DNA from: Promethearchaeota archaeon
Lineage (GTDB): Archaea; Asgardarchaeota; Hermodarchaeia; Hermodarchaeales; Hermodarchaeaceae
NCBI GenBank assembly: GCA_048939245.1
Contig: JBHLPR010000027.1
Span: 1-28,717 of the forward strand
Direction: 5' to 3'
Length of the DNA stretch: 28,717 bases
Below the pieces are notes generated by a model. That model did not search any database and was not told the DNA's origin. It saw only the letters and a list, made by a program, of their open reading frames with translations. Below are positions 1-9,041 of this stretch, piece after piece. Numbering within the stretch: the first letter of the stretch is position 1; each line of letters begins with the position of its first letter. Position numbers and translations under genes: made by a program.

Positions 1-1
1 A

Positions 2-298
2 CATCCCATTGTGCAGTTTTATGAACGTCCCACTCTTCGCAAATATAACTTCGTTTCCCAGTGGATGATTGACAGTGGGATGCGGAGCGGAATAAAATCT
101 AAAGAAATGCGGGCAAGAACTATCACTCTTTACATCGATAAAGCCGAATTTGATAAAGCCTTGGATATCCCAACTGAAGATACGATTCATCTTTTCTTAG
201 TCGATTGTGATGGCACCATCCTTTGGCGAGATACAGGAAATTTCTCAGAAGAGAAAGAAGCTACAGTGATGAAAGCTCTCTCTAAATTTAAGGGCTAA
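2..298 (+). CDS. ATP10-like thioredoxin-fold protein, 5'-truncated by the window edge
   Basis: Frame is open back to base 2. Motifs YERPTL..IDSGMRSGI..TITLYIDK..FLVDxDGxILW..G resemble prokaryotic ATP10-family proteins. Confidence 0.6.
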   Translation, partial: HPIVQFYERPTLRKYNFVSQWMIDSGMRSGIKSKEMRARTITLYIDKAEFDKALDIPTEDTIHLFLVDCDGTILWRDTGNFSEEKEATVMKALSKFKG

Positions 299-396
299 TT
301 CAATTTTTTATCAGGCTAAAATGGTTACCTTGATAGATTTTTGAATAAGTTGTTTCCCTATCCTTCTGTAATCCTCTTCAATAGGAGTAATTCAAG

Positions 397-1035
397 ATGG
401 CTGGAGAAGAATTGTTGGTCTTCTGGATCATGGCAGCAATATTTGGTATCGCAACTGTGATGTTTACCTTACTTTCCTTTCGTTCAGATTCAAATGAGTT
501 TTATGCCTTCGTCGATATTCTCGTTACCTTCATAACAACGATTTCATATGTACTCATGGCGCTGGGGTTCTTAGTGGTCACTTCTGGTATTGGTGAACCG
601 GTGTATTGGAGTCGATGGCTCTTTTACATGGGTAGCTGTAGTTTACTGACCGTTTCTGTTGTAGTTATCCTTAAACAAACTCAGGCAATTAATTTCGCAA
701 AAATTCCTATCTTAACGATGCTTGTAATGTTCTGTGGTTTTCTCGCGGCTTTTATTACAAGTATTGAGCGATGGTGGTTCTTTGTATTCAGTTCCATTGC
801 CTACATTGCCTTATTAATCACCTTGTTTAAAGGGGTGCCTCGAGAAGGAATGAATTCACAACTTATGTGGTTCATCGTCATCTTCTGGTCTCTATTTCCT
901 GGCGTATTTATCCTTGCACCAACCGGTTTCGGCTTGATACCCACATTATATGCAGCGATTCTCTATGCTGCACTGGACGTGATAACAAAAATCGTCTATG
1001 GGTTCATTATCCTGTTTCGAGTGAAAGATAAGTAA
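397..1035 (+). CDS. Microbial rhodopsin of schizorhodopsin type (short 7-TM opsin, retinal Lys present)
   Basis: 212 aa with about 7 hydrophobic segments. Helix C YWSRWLFYMGSCSLL has Phe at the BR D85 position followed by S-C, as in schizorhodopsins. Helix F FWSLFP; helix G LDVITK (D194, K198). AGGAG RBS upstream. Confidence 0.88.
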   Translation: MAGEELLVFWIMAAIFGIATVMFTLLSFRSDSNEFYAFVDILVTFITTISYVLMALGFLVVTSGIGEPVYWSRWLFYMGSCSLLTVSVVVILKQTQAINFAKIPILTMLVMFCGFLAAFITSIERWWFFVFSSIAYIALLITLFKGVPREGMNSQLMWFIVIFWSLFPGVFILAPTGFGLIPTLYAAILYAALDVITKIVYGFIILFRVKDK

Positions 1036-1168
1036 TCTAAATAACAGAATCACATGGTCAAAGTGAGTATTGAGTCATAGTATAATCAGTGGTTCAGAAT
1101 TTAACCTCTGCCTGAATGCATCTAGTCTATCAAACTGTGACCACTAGTAATTTTTTCCAACTATCTCC

Positions 1169-2563
1169 TTATCGATTTAACGAAGTGGTCGCAAAGAGTT
1201 CCTTTGAATATTGACTCTCCTCTTTGTGATTTACTATTGGTTTTGGGTAATTGATTTGCGAATCAAATGGTGTTGGTTTAAACCAACGATGAATAAGTTT
1301 TGGTTGTAGGTCTGATAATTCTGGAATCCATTTCTTGATATACTCACATTTTACGTCGTATTTCTCTTGTTGGCGCCAGGGATTAAAAATTCGGAAATAG
1401 GGTTGGGCATCGGCTCCTGTTGAGGCTGCCCATTGCCAGTTTCCATTATTCACGCATGGATCATAATCGGTGAGGTGTTGTGCAAAATAGCGTTCACCCC
1501 ATCGCCAGTCGATATGGAGATCCTTGGTCAGGAAAGATCCGACAATCATTCGAACCCGATTGTGCATCCAACCCGTTGTATTTAGTTCGCGCATACCAGC
1601 GTCAACGATTGGGAAGCCGGTGTTTCCCTGACACCACATCTCAAAAAGAGTTTGACTGTAGTTCCATTGAAGGGAATCATAGCGTGATTTGAAGGCATTT
1701 TTGAATACGTAAGGGAAATGGAAAGCAATGTGGGTGTAGAAGTCTCGCCAGTAGAGCTGGCGTATTAATGGATGATTGGTTCCAAGGTGTTTGGTGATGG
1801 CATGATAGACTTCGCGAATTGAACACAACCCAAATTTGATATATGTTGATAAGCGTGTGGTTCCATGTTGGTTTGGAAAATCCCTCGTTGTCTGATAATT
1901 CTTGTAACGGCTGAGATTGGAGAGGATGTCTAAGCATGCTGCTCTATTACCTTGAACAAGAAGTGACTCGTTGGGTTTAGTTCTTATCTGCTTGATTATG
2001 CCAATTTTAGGTTTTTGAGGTGCTTTGCTTGTTTTCAGATAATTGGTGTAGGTGTTCTCTTTTGGAGTAGAAATTGGGCGTGCTGATGCCTTTTTGAAAA
2101 AGGGAGTAAATATTTTGTAGGGTTTGGTTTTTCCGGTAAAGATCATTTCTGGTTCATTTAGTAAAGAATCGCCGAATGAATGAAATCCCACTTTATAGTC
2201 CTTACAAATCTGTTTAATCTGAGTGTCTCTTCTCCGACTAAAGGGGGAGTAATCTCGGTTTATATAGAGTCCATCAATTTCATATTCTGTTAACAGGGAT
2301 GGAATGATCTTTTCTGGAATGCCTAAAAGGTAAAGGAGCTGGCTCTTCTTCTTTTTTAGTTGGGCATCTAAATCGTCAAGTGCTTCCATCATGAATTGGA
2401 TCGCATTCAGGTGGGGTTGGGCCTGTTCTATTAGCCGGGGATCAAAGATGAAGCAGGGAAGGGTTTTGTCCGAATTTGCTAAGGCATGAATTAATGCAGT
2501 ATTATCAGCCAGTCGGAGATCACGACGAAAAATGAATAAAGGCTTAACATAGGATTTATTCAA
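1169..2563 (-). CDS. phrB: Deoxyribodipyrimidine (CPD) photolyase
   Basis: FRRDLRLADN N-terminus, WRDFY, TGFPIVDAGMREL, GWMHNRVRM, DYDPCVNNGNWQW and FRIFNP FAD-binding motifs. Likely TTG start at 2563; the ORF track extends to 2611. Confidence 0.95.
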   Translation of the reverse strand: MNKSYVKPLFIFRRDLRLADNTALIHALANSDKTLPCFIFDPRLIEQAQPHLNAIQFMMEALDDLDAQLKKKKSQLLYLLGIPEKIIPSLLTEYEIDGLYINRDYSPFSRRRDTQIKQICKDYKVGFHSFGDSLLNEPEMIFTGKTKPYKIFTPFFKKASARPISTPKENTYTNYLKTSKAPQKPKIGIIKQIRTKPNESLLVQGNRAACLDILSNLSRYKNYQTTRDFPNQHGTTRLSTYIKFGLCSIREVYHAITKHLGTNHPLIRQLYWRDFYTHIAFHFPYVFKNAFKSRYDSLQWNYSQTLFEMWCQGNTGFPIVDAGMRELNTTGWMHNRVRMIVGSFLTKDLHIDWRWGERYFAQHLTDYDPCVNNGNWQWAASTGADAQPYFRIFNPWRQQEKYDVKCEYIKKWIPELSDLQPKLIHRWFKPTPFDSQINYPKPIVNHKEESQYSKELFATTSLNR

Positions 2564-2639
2564 GTTGGTGCCCCTAGCAATATATCGATATCGAATATAT
2601 GTGAGAAGCAATTCCTCAAGTATGTATGGGGTGAACTAA

Positions 2640-3116
2640 GTGTCGATTGTTAAATTACCACAAATGGAGCATCAGATGGTTGAGGATTTACTAAATTCTC
2701 AAGTGATTTGCCGCATAGCCTTTCGGGGGGATGATTATCCATACATGGCACCTTTTCAGTATGCTTATGTTGATGGAAATCTCTATTTTCATTTTACTCG
2801 CTATGGAAAGAAAATGAAACTGCTTGAAGAGGATAATCGGGTTGCGGTGGAGATTGAAGCTTTTGAGCCAGCTCTTCATCAATATTGTTTTGTCGTGTTT
2901 CGAGGAGAACTTGTTTTAGTTCGTGATTCTATGGAAAGGGAGAAAGCGATAAACCATATGGCTAAGTTTGGATCCGAAAAACTGTCAACTAATTTTCTAG
3001 CAGCACATGGGTTGAAGAGATCTGATGGCTGGCAAGCGTTGACAGTTGAGAAACCATTGAATATTGTGAAGCTCACAAACATCGTCGAAACAATTGCTTT
3101 GGGTTCGCCTGATTAA
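2640..3116 (+). CDS. Pyridoxamine 5'-phosphate oxidase-like / NimA-type FMN-binding split-barrel protein
   Basis: RIAF..YPYMAP..LYFH..GKKM..NRVAVE pattern; divergent from the photolyase. Confidence 0.8.
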   Translation: MSIVKLPQMEHQMVEDLLNSQVICRIAFRGDDYPYMAPFQYAYVDGNLYFHFTRYGKKMKLLEEDNRVAVEIEAFEPALHQYCFVVFRGELVLVRDSMEREKAINHMAKFGSEKLSTNFLAAHGLKRSDGWQALTVEKPLNIVKLTNIVETIALGSPD

Positions 3117-3247
3117 TTCGAACTGGGCTCTCTTAAAATGATAAATGAATACGAACAGATTGTTGGTCCTCAGTCTTGGAAGCGAACCGGAGCGATGGTT
3201 TTGCACCGGATGCTCAGACTGCGATTTATGCTGTCCACGAATTGTTT

Positions 3248-3523
3248 TTAGCCTTTGCGGAAGGCTATGCCAAAAGTTCCGCGTGGATAATTCCATTGGA
3301 TGGCGTCTTTATTGCATATGATTTTGCATGTGCCACATTCGATGCAGTCTTCATATTGGAATTGGACTTGGCCCTCGATAAGTTGAAAGCAGTGTGCTGG
3401 ACAGGCAAGTCTGCAGGGTTTGGATTCACATTCTTTGCATTCTTCAAAATTGACTAAAATGTGGGCTTCTTTATCGATATTGTATCGGAGCGTGCTAAGT
3501 TTGGTTTCAATATTATCCCTCAT
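3248..3523 (-). CDS. fixX: Ferredoxin-like protein FixX
   Basis: AHI, CxxC, CPAxC, CIECGTC and WxYPRGxFGI motifs; ATGA overlap with the upstream fixC. Confidence 0.9.
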   Translation of the reverse strand: MRDNIETKLSTLRYNIDKEAHILVNFEECKECESKPCRLACPAHCFQLIEGQVQFQYEDCIECGTCKIICNKDAIQWNYPRGTFGIAFRKG

Positions 3524-4818
3524 AGGCCTCTCACCGCTTGTAATCCATCGATCATGAGGTGTGGAATCGATAATTCGTGAACGATATTTTTGAGGAGTAG
3601 GTTAAGGAGCTTGGGTCGGGGTGTTGCTTTTGACTGGTATAATTGTAGGACTAACTCGTTGATGAAATCTGGATACCGCTCCATTAGGCGGGGGTTGCTT
3701 ACTATGGCTGGTGCATGACGAAACGTTTTCAGGTTTTTGAAAACAAAACTTTGTTTCATTAGATATTGATAATATTTCATGGTCTTTTTAGTAAAATCGT
3801 TCCGTTGTTGGGCTCTAGCGATTGTCGTGGCAGCAGCAATACCTGATGCGATAGCAAAGTTCATCCCTTCAAGAGCATAGCCAATATTAAGGGCGAACCC
3901 TGCAGCATCGCCTGTGACGAGAAAGCCATTGGAATACAACTTAGAAAGCGCTTGATATCCACCTTCGGGAACAAGGTGTGCTGAATATTCAATGTGATTT
4001 CCATCCTTGATTAATCGTTGAACATAGGGGAATTGTTTCAGATAATCAATGAATTCAAAGGATTTCGTTTTTATATCATTCTTGAAGGTTGGAAGCTTGA
4101 CGACTATTCCCAAAGAGAGGCTTTCACGGTTGGTGTAAAGAAACCCTCCACCAGGAAATCCCTTAGTACAGCCCAAATAGGTATGAGCTGCCCCCTCATC
4201 ATCTTCGAGGTGAAACCGATTTTCGATTATTTCACGGGGGAGTTGAATGACTTCTTTAATACCAAGGCCGATATTCTTGGTTTTTAGATCTTTGCGTAAA
4301 CCTGCATGCTCAGTTAGCAGTGAATTGATTCCATCAGCTGCAACAACTACATTTGCCCGAATCTCATCATCACCAGCTTTGATTCCGATAACACGGTTGT
4401 TTTCCCAAAGTAGGTTATCAACTCGAATGCCGGTGGCAAGGAGTGCTCCAGCTTCTTCTGCGCGTTTGGCAAACCATTGATCAAAGTCATAGCGGATGAT
4501 GGAATAGCCGTTATGTGGGGGCTTTTCAAGTCGTTTACTAGAAAAATCAAACGAGAGTGAAGATTGACCGCTTAGGAAGACAAGGTTCCTGTTGGTAATC
4601 GTCCGTTCGAGTGGTGCATCTTCCCAGAAATTTGGTATCAAATCATGAAGCACAGATCCAAATAGTACGCCTCCTGAGACATTTTTTTCTCCGGGAGTTT
4701 TTGCTCGTTCGATTAAAAGCACTTCATGCCCTGATTTGGCAAGGCTATACGCGGTGGCTGAACCAGCGGGTCCTGCTCCAACTACGATTGTATCGACTTT
4801 TTCAACCATTTTTTTCAT
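3520..4818 (-). CDS. fixC: FixC-family FAD oxidoreductase (ETF:quinone oxidoreductase-like)
   Basis: VGAGPAG, GEKNVSGG, ADGINS, GGGFLYTN, EYSAHLVPEGG and GDAAGF..EGMNFAIASG motifs; coupled to fixX. Confidence 0.88.
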   Translation of the reverse strand: MKKMVEKVDTIVVGAGPAGSATAYSLAKSGHEVLLIERAKTPGEKNVSGGVLFGSVLHDLIPNFWEDAPLERTITNRNLVFLSGQSSLSFDFSSKRLEKPPHNGYSIIRYDFDQWFAKRAEEAGALLATGIRVDNLLWENNRVIGIKAGDDEIRANVVVAADGINSLLTEHAGLRKDLKTKNIGLGIKEVIQLPREIIENRFHLEDDEGAAHTYLGCTKGFPGGGFLYTNRESLSLGIVVKLPTFKNDIKTKSFEFIDYLKQFPYVQRLIKDGNHIEYSAHLVPEGGYQALSKLYSNGFLVTGDAAGFALNIGYALEGMNFAIASGIAAATTIARAQQRNDFTKKTMKYYQYLMKQSFVFKNLKTFRHAPAIVSNPRLMERYPDFINELVLQLYQSKATPRPKLLNLLLKNIVHELSIPHLMIDGLQAVRGL

Positions 4819-4821
4819 TCC

Positions 4822-6348
4822 CTATGTGCTTTTTGATTTTTCTTCTATTGGGATGCCGTAATCTTCAAAAATTAAATCTGTCGACACTTTTCCGCTAAGG
4901 AATGCACTTGGGACGCCTCCGCCTGGATGCGTTCCTGCTCCAACAATATAAAGTCCTTTGACATCCCGTGAACGGTTATGGGGCCTAAACCATCCGGATT
5001 GGGTCATGAGGGGTTGTAATTGGAAGGCGTTGCCTTTGTATGCATTGAATTCTTGTTCAAAATCTTGTGGGGTGAAGACTTCGCATACCTCGATGTTCTC
5101 CAAAAGGTCGGGGAGATAATTATCATTGAGAAATTGTAGTACCTTGTCTCGAAAGGGTTCCTTCATTTGATCCCAATCAATACCCGAATCTTGGTTGGTT
5201 ACAGGCACACAGGCATAGAAGGTTTCACATCCTTCTGGTGCTAACTCTGGATCCGTTCGTGTGGGGACATGCAGGTAGATGGCAAAATCGTCGGGTAAGA
5301 TATGACGATCGAAGATATCCTTGACCAATTCCTTATATCGTGGGCTGAAGATGATATTGTGGTGAGGCATTTCCGGATAGCGTTTCTTTGTACCAAAATA
5401 GATCATAAATAGGCTCATGCTATACTTTGCTTTCTTGTATCGACGATTACTATTTTTGCGACGGTATTTCTTGTCAATTAGGCTCATGTATGTCATTGCT
5501 ACATCTGCGTTGCTGATCACAATATCGGCGGGATAGAGTTCTTTGTTGTTAACAATGACTCCGGTGACTTTTCGGTCTTCATCATCGACTTCTATCATGG
5601 TAACCTCTGAGTTGAGTTTGATTGTGCCACCGAGTTCTTTGAATAATCGTTCTAGGGCTTCAACGAGTCGATGGGTACCCCCTCGGACCCAGAGCATGCC
5701 ATATTCACTTTCGAGGTATGCGATTAGTGAATAGACGCTAGTAGTGGTAAAGGGGTTTCCACCGATGAAAAGAGGGAGAAAGGAGAACGCCATGCGAAGA
5801 TGGGGGTGTTTCATGTTGCTTGCTACAAGGCCATAAACGCTCTTATACGATTTCAGTCGGATTGCTGAAGGAACAATTTTTGCCATGCTCCACAGACTTT
5901 CAAAGGAGATCATGGCAAATTTCTCAAATCCCAATTCATAAATGGGTTTCAATAGCTTGAGCCAGCGATGATATCCTTTGATGTCCTTGGGGCTGATTTT
6001 TTTGATCTGTTCAGTAATTTCGTCAATAGTTCCAATATCAAAGTGGGAACCATCGGCAAAATGAAGACGATAATGTGGATGGATTGGTACTAATTCAATA
6101 TACTTGGAGGGGTCTCGTCCCACATCGTGAAACACATCTTCTACCACAAACGGCGGTGTTACAATTGTAGGTCCGGTATCGAACCTGTATCCTTTTCTTT
6201 CAAAGACACCTGCTCGACCTCCAAGTTGGTGACGTTTCTCTAATAATACAACTTGGTATCCTGCAGCCTGCATCCTTACAGCTGCGGATAGACCACCAAA
6301 TCCTCCACCGATCACAATCACATTAGATGGGGTAGTCGTTTGATTCAT
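4822..6348 (-). CDS. crtI: Phytoene desaturase
   Basis: IGGGFGGL FAD motif, FDTGPTIVT, GGNPF, HHNIIF and the C-terminal FRPHN..GAGTHPGGGVP signature; directly downstream of crtB. Confidence 0.9.
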   Translation of the reverse strand: MNQTTTPSNVIVIGGGFGGLSAAVRMQAAGYQVVLLEKRHQLGGRAGVFERKGYRFDTGPTIVTPPFVVEDVFHDVGRDPSKYIELVPIHPHYRLHFADGSHFDIGTIDEITEQIKKISPKDIKGYHRWLKLLKPIYELGFEKFAMISFESLWSMAKIVPSAIRLKSYKSVYGLVASNMKHPHLRMAFSFLPLFIGGNPFTTTSVYSLIAYLESEYGMLWVRGGTHRLVEALERLFKELGGTIKLNSEVTMIEVDDEDRKVTGVIVNNKELYPADIVISNADVAMTYMSLIDKKYRRKNSNRRYKKAKYSMSLFMIYFGTKKRYPEMPHHNIIFSPRYKELVKDIFDRHILPDDFAIYLHVPTRTDPELAPEGCETFYACVPVTNQDSGIDWDQMKEPFRDKVLQFLNDNYLPDLLENIEVCEVFTPQDFEQEFNAYKGNAFQLQPLMTQSGWFRPHNRSRDVKGLYIVGAGTHPGGGVPSAFLSGKVSTDLIFEDYGIPIEEKSKST

Positions 6349-6393
6349 TCTCTTTTCACCATCAATAATTCGTATCCTACTAATTACTCAAAG

Positions 6394-7347
6394 TTAGGGG
6401 TGAATTACGAACTCTCTCAAATCGCGTAAATATTCTCGCCGACATTGAAGAGAAATCCAGAACTTCTTCCATTTGGGTACATACACCCGTTTTTTGAAGA
6501 CATCATAATTCACTTTCTCGATTTCATCGAGAATATTTGCGTAAACACGAGCCGCAACTTTCACAGAAAATGCTGCAGCTGGTGGAAGATCTTGAATGCC
6601 AATTTCTGCTGTTGCATAGTTTGCACGAGCATTGGCAATTTCGAATTTAATTAAATTCCTGAAATTTGGAGTGATTTTTCGAGCTTCAAAATCTTCTCTT
6701 CTAATCCTGAACTTCTTACGTACCTCAACTGGTATGTAGATTCGTCCTTTATCGAAGTCTTCTGCAATATCCCGCAAAATGTTTGTTTGTTGCATGGCGA
6801 TTCCAAGATCAGAGGCTCGTTGAAGCGTCTCTGGATGGATAGCTCGCCAGATGTGGCACATAGAGAGTCCCACCGTGGATGCTACACGAAAACAGTAGAG
6901 TTCTAGCTCTTGTTGGGTTTGGATTTCTTGGTGATGAACGTCCATGCGGACGCCTTCCAGTAACTCATATAGGTATTGGACTGGGATTTGATATTTTACC
7001 AAGGTGTCTCCAAAGGCGTGAAATACTGGGTGGTTAAAGGTTTCTCCGTTGCTTAACCGGCTTATAATCTCGGCTAGTCTATTTATTTCAGTATCAATTT
7101 GTTTTGGCTCGAGGTCTATTTCATCAACGAAGTCATCAGCTAACCGGCAAAATCCATAAAGTGCAGCGATGCTTCTACGTTGTTCTGGTTCAAGGTAACG
7201 TGAAGCAAAAGAAAATGATTTGGCATGTTTTCCGAATAGGTTCATACAATAGTCGTATGCGCGGTTGAGATCGGCAGATGTGAAGTTATCCTTGGTTTGG
7301 ATTTGGGTTGGTATGACTTCTAGATGGTAACGTTCTCCCCTAATCAT
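6394..7347 (-). CDS. crtB: Phytoene synthase
   Basis: AKSFSFAS, LYGFCRLADDFVD, YCFRVASTVG and LGIAMQQTNILRDIAED..GRIYIP squalene/phytoene synthase motifs. Confidence 0.93.
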   Translation of the reverse strand: MIRGERYHLEVIPTQIQTKDNFTSADLNRAYDYCMNLFGKHAKSFSFASRYLEPEQRRSIAALYGFCRLADDFVDEIDLEPKQIDTEINRLAEIISRLSNGETFNHPVFHAFGDTLVKYQIPVQYLYELLEGVRMDVHHQEIQTQQELELYCFRVASTVGLSMCHIWRAIHPETLQRASDLGIAMQQTNILRDIAEDFDKGRIYIPVEVRKKFRIRREDFEARKITPNFRNLIKFEIANARANYATAEIGIQDLPPAAAFSVKVAARVYANILDEIEKVNYDVFKKRVYVPKWKKFWISLQCRREYLRDLREFVIHP

Positions 7348-7551
7348 TGATTTAACGCTCCAATAGGCTAAACTTAACGGGGTTGATTTTGGGTTGGGGG
7401 GATATTTTTTGCTTATAAATAATTTCCTCTTACTATCGTCATAATCTAATACATATCACAATTTGTTTAAAGAACAATTAGACGTCACAATAATGCATAA
7501 TGATTAAATAAAGCAAGCTATGACAGCGCTTTATTCTGAGGGAACGCTACA
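7348..7551. promoter_or_regulatory. AT-rich divergent promoter region between crtB and crtD
   Basis: 204-bp non-coding gap between head-to-head operons, with TATA-like boxes (TTATAAAT, TTAAATA) and a short TTGTT-N5-AACAA inverted repeat. Confidence 0.55.
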
Positions 7552-9030
7552 ATGGCTATTCAGAACATATTGGTTATTGGTGCAGGCGTAGGCGGATTAT
7601 CTGCTGCTGCCTTACTAGCAAAAGAAGGCTATGATGTCACCATCATTGAAAGGAATGCAGAACCCGGAGGACGGGCGCGAGTTTGGAAAACCGAAGGATT
7701 TGTCTTTGATATGGGACCCTCTTGGTACCTGATGCCTGAAATCTTTGAGTATTTTTTTAATGAATTTGGGAAATCAGTTTCGGATTATTATGAATTAATA
7801 CGGTTGGATCCGAATTATCGCATTTTCTTTGGCACTGACGATATTGTCGAGATTACTGCTGATCTTGAACCAAATCTGCAAACTTTTGAAGGATTTGAAG
7901 CAGGTGGTTCGAAGAAACTCCAAGAATATTTGGACAAAGCCAAGGACACCTATGAGTATATGATGGAAGGCATCATGTACAAAGACCTAGACAGCTTTTG
8001 GTCAATGTTTAGTCCGTCATTAATGAAAGCAGGAATGAAATTGCACATCCTAAGTAACATTGATGAATACGTCCAAAAATTCTTCAGAAGTGACCGTGCT
8101 CGAAAAATTCTAGAATATCCAATTGTGTTTCTTGGTGGAAATCCGAAAAATACTCCTGCGCTCTACTCTATCATTTCACATATTGATTACAATCTGGGTG
8201 TCTGGTATCCGCGAGGTGGTATCGGGAAAATCCCTGAAAGTCTAATGAATTTGGCAAAGGAGCAAGGTGCTGATATCCAGTTTGGGGTTGAAGCAACTCA
8301 TATTGATGTAAAGAATCGCTTTGCCCATCGAGTCCAAACATCAGAAGGTGGCATTGATACAGACTTGGTGGTTGTCAATGCTGATTATCCCTGGAGTGAA
8401 ATCAATTTACTTGACTCATCATATGAGACTTATCCTGCAAAATATTGGGAGAAGAAGGTAATTGCTCCTTCCGCATTCGTTGTCTATCTAGGCGTTGATA
8501 GGAAACTGGACCAGCTCACTCACCATAATGTCTTTTTAGAATACGATTGGGTTCAACATTTCGACCAGATTTTCAAGAAACCTTCATGGCCTGATAAGCC
8601 TGCATACTATGTCTGTTGTCCATCAAGATACGATTCCTTGGTAGCTCCAAAGGGCAAAGAGAATATTTTCATTACCGTTCCCATTTCGCCTGGAATTGAA
8701 GATACACCAACAATTCGTAGCGCGTATCTTGACAAAATTATCGCTCATATGGAGAAACTTATTGGTGAACGATTCCGAGACGAAATAAGTGTTAAGCGGA
8801 TTTTCTCGTTGAATGATTTCTCTAAAGATTATAATGCATACCAAGGGACTGCCGTTGGTCTCACTCATACTTTTCGCCAATCTGCTTTCTTCCGTCCACG
8901 ACACCGAAGTAAGAAAGTGAAAAACCTTTACTACACAGGTCAGTACACGCATCCTGGAATCGGGGTGCCAATGGCCCTTGTTTCCTCAAAGATTGTCACT
9001 GACCAAATCAATAAACACTTTGAAGGCTGA
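7552..9030 (+). CDS. crtD: Second CrtI-family carotenoid desaturase, probably carotenoid 3,4-desaturase CrtD
   Basis: IGAGVGGL, FDMGPSWYLMP and HTFRQSAFFRP..TGQYTHPGIGVPM motifs. First gene of a desaturase-elongase-hydratase triplet as in haloarchaea. CrtD versus CrtI is inferred from context only. Confidence 0.72.
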   Translation: MAIQNILVIGAGVGGLSAAALLAKEGYDVTIIERNAEPGGRARVWKTEGFVFDMGPSWYLMPEIFEYFFNEFGKSVSDYYELIRLDPNYRIFFGTDDIVEITADLEPNLQTFEGFEAGGSKKLQEYLDKAKDTYEYMMEGIMYKDLDSFWSMFSPSLMKAGMKLHILSNIDEYVQKFFRSDRARKILEYPIVFLGGNPKNTPALYSIISHIDYNLGVWYPRGGIGKIPESLMNLAKEQGADIQFGVEATHIDVKNRFAHRVQTSEGGIDTDLVVVNADYPWSEINLLDSSYETYPAKYWEKKVIAPSAFVVYLGVDRKLDQLTHHNVFLEYDWVQHFDQIFKKPSWPDKPAYYVCCPSRYDSLVAPKGKENIFITVPISPGIEDTPTIRSAYLDKIIAHMEKLIGERFRDEISVKRIFSLNDFSKDYNAYQGTAVGLTHTFRQSAFFRPRHRSKKVKNLYYTGQYTHPGIGVPMALVSSKIVTDQINKHFEG

Positions 9031-9041
9031 GGTTCTAAGCA

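Noticed and set aside
766-810. Carotenoid antenna binding by the rhodopsin via a helix-E fenestration
   Set aside because: Helix E reads RWWFFVFSS. The BR W138 / xanthorhodopsin G156-equivalent position appears to be a bulky Phe, not Gly, so a fenestration is not supported.
1055-1143. Imperfect 10-bp inverted repeat (TGGTCAAAGT / ACTGTGACCA) between the opsin and the photolyase as a MITE
   Set aside because: Too short, does not extend, and has no evident target-site duplication. It could be chance or part of a terminator.
3176-3457. 93-aa + strand ORF
   Set aside because: Antisense shadow of the well-supported fixX.
3520-4818. Calling this gene a lycopene cyclase or geranylgeranyl reductase
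   Set aside because: It has canonical FixC motifs and an overlapping FixX partner, so these are kept only as alternative hypotheses.
7430-7530. CarH/LitR-type tandem 11-bp operator in the crt divergent promoter
   Set aside because: ACA-containing words occur, but not as regularly phased TnnACA repeats, and no CarH-like regulator is in the window.
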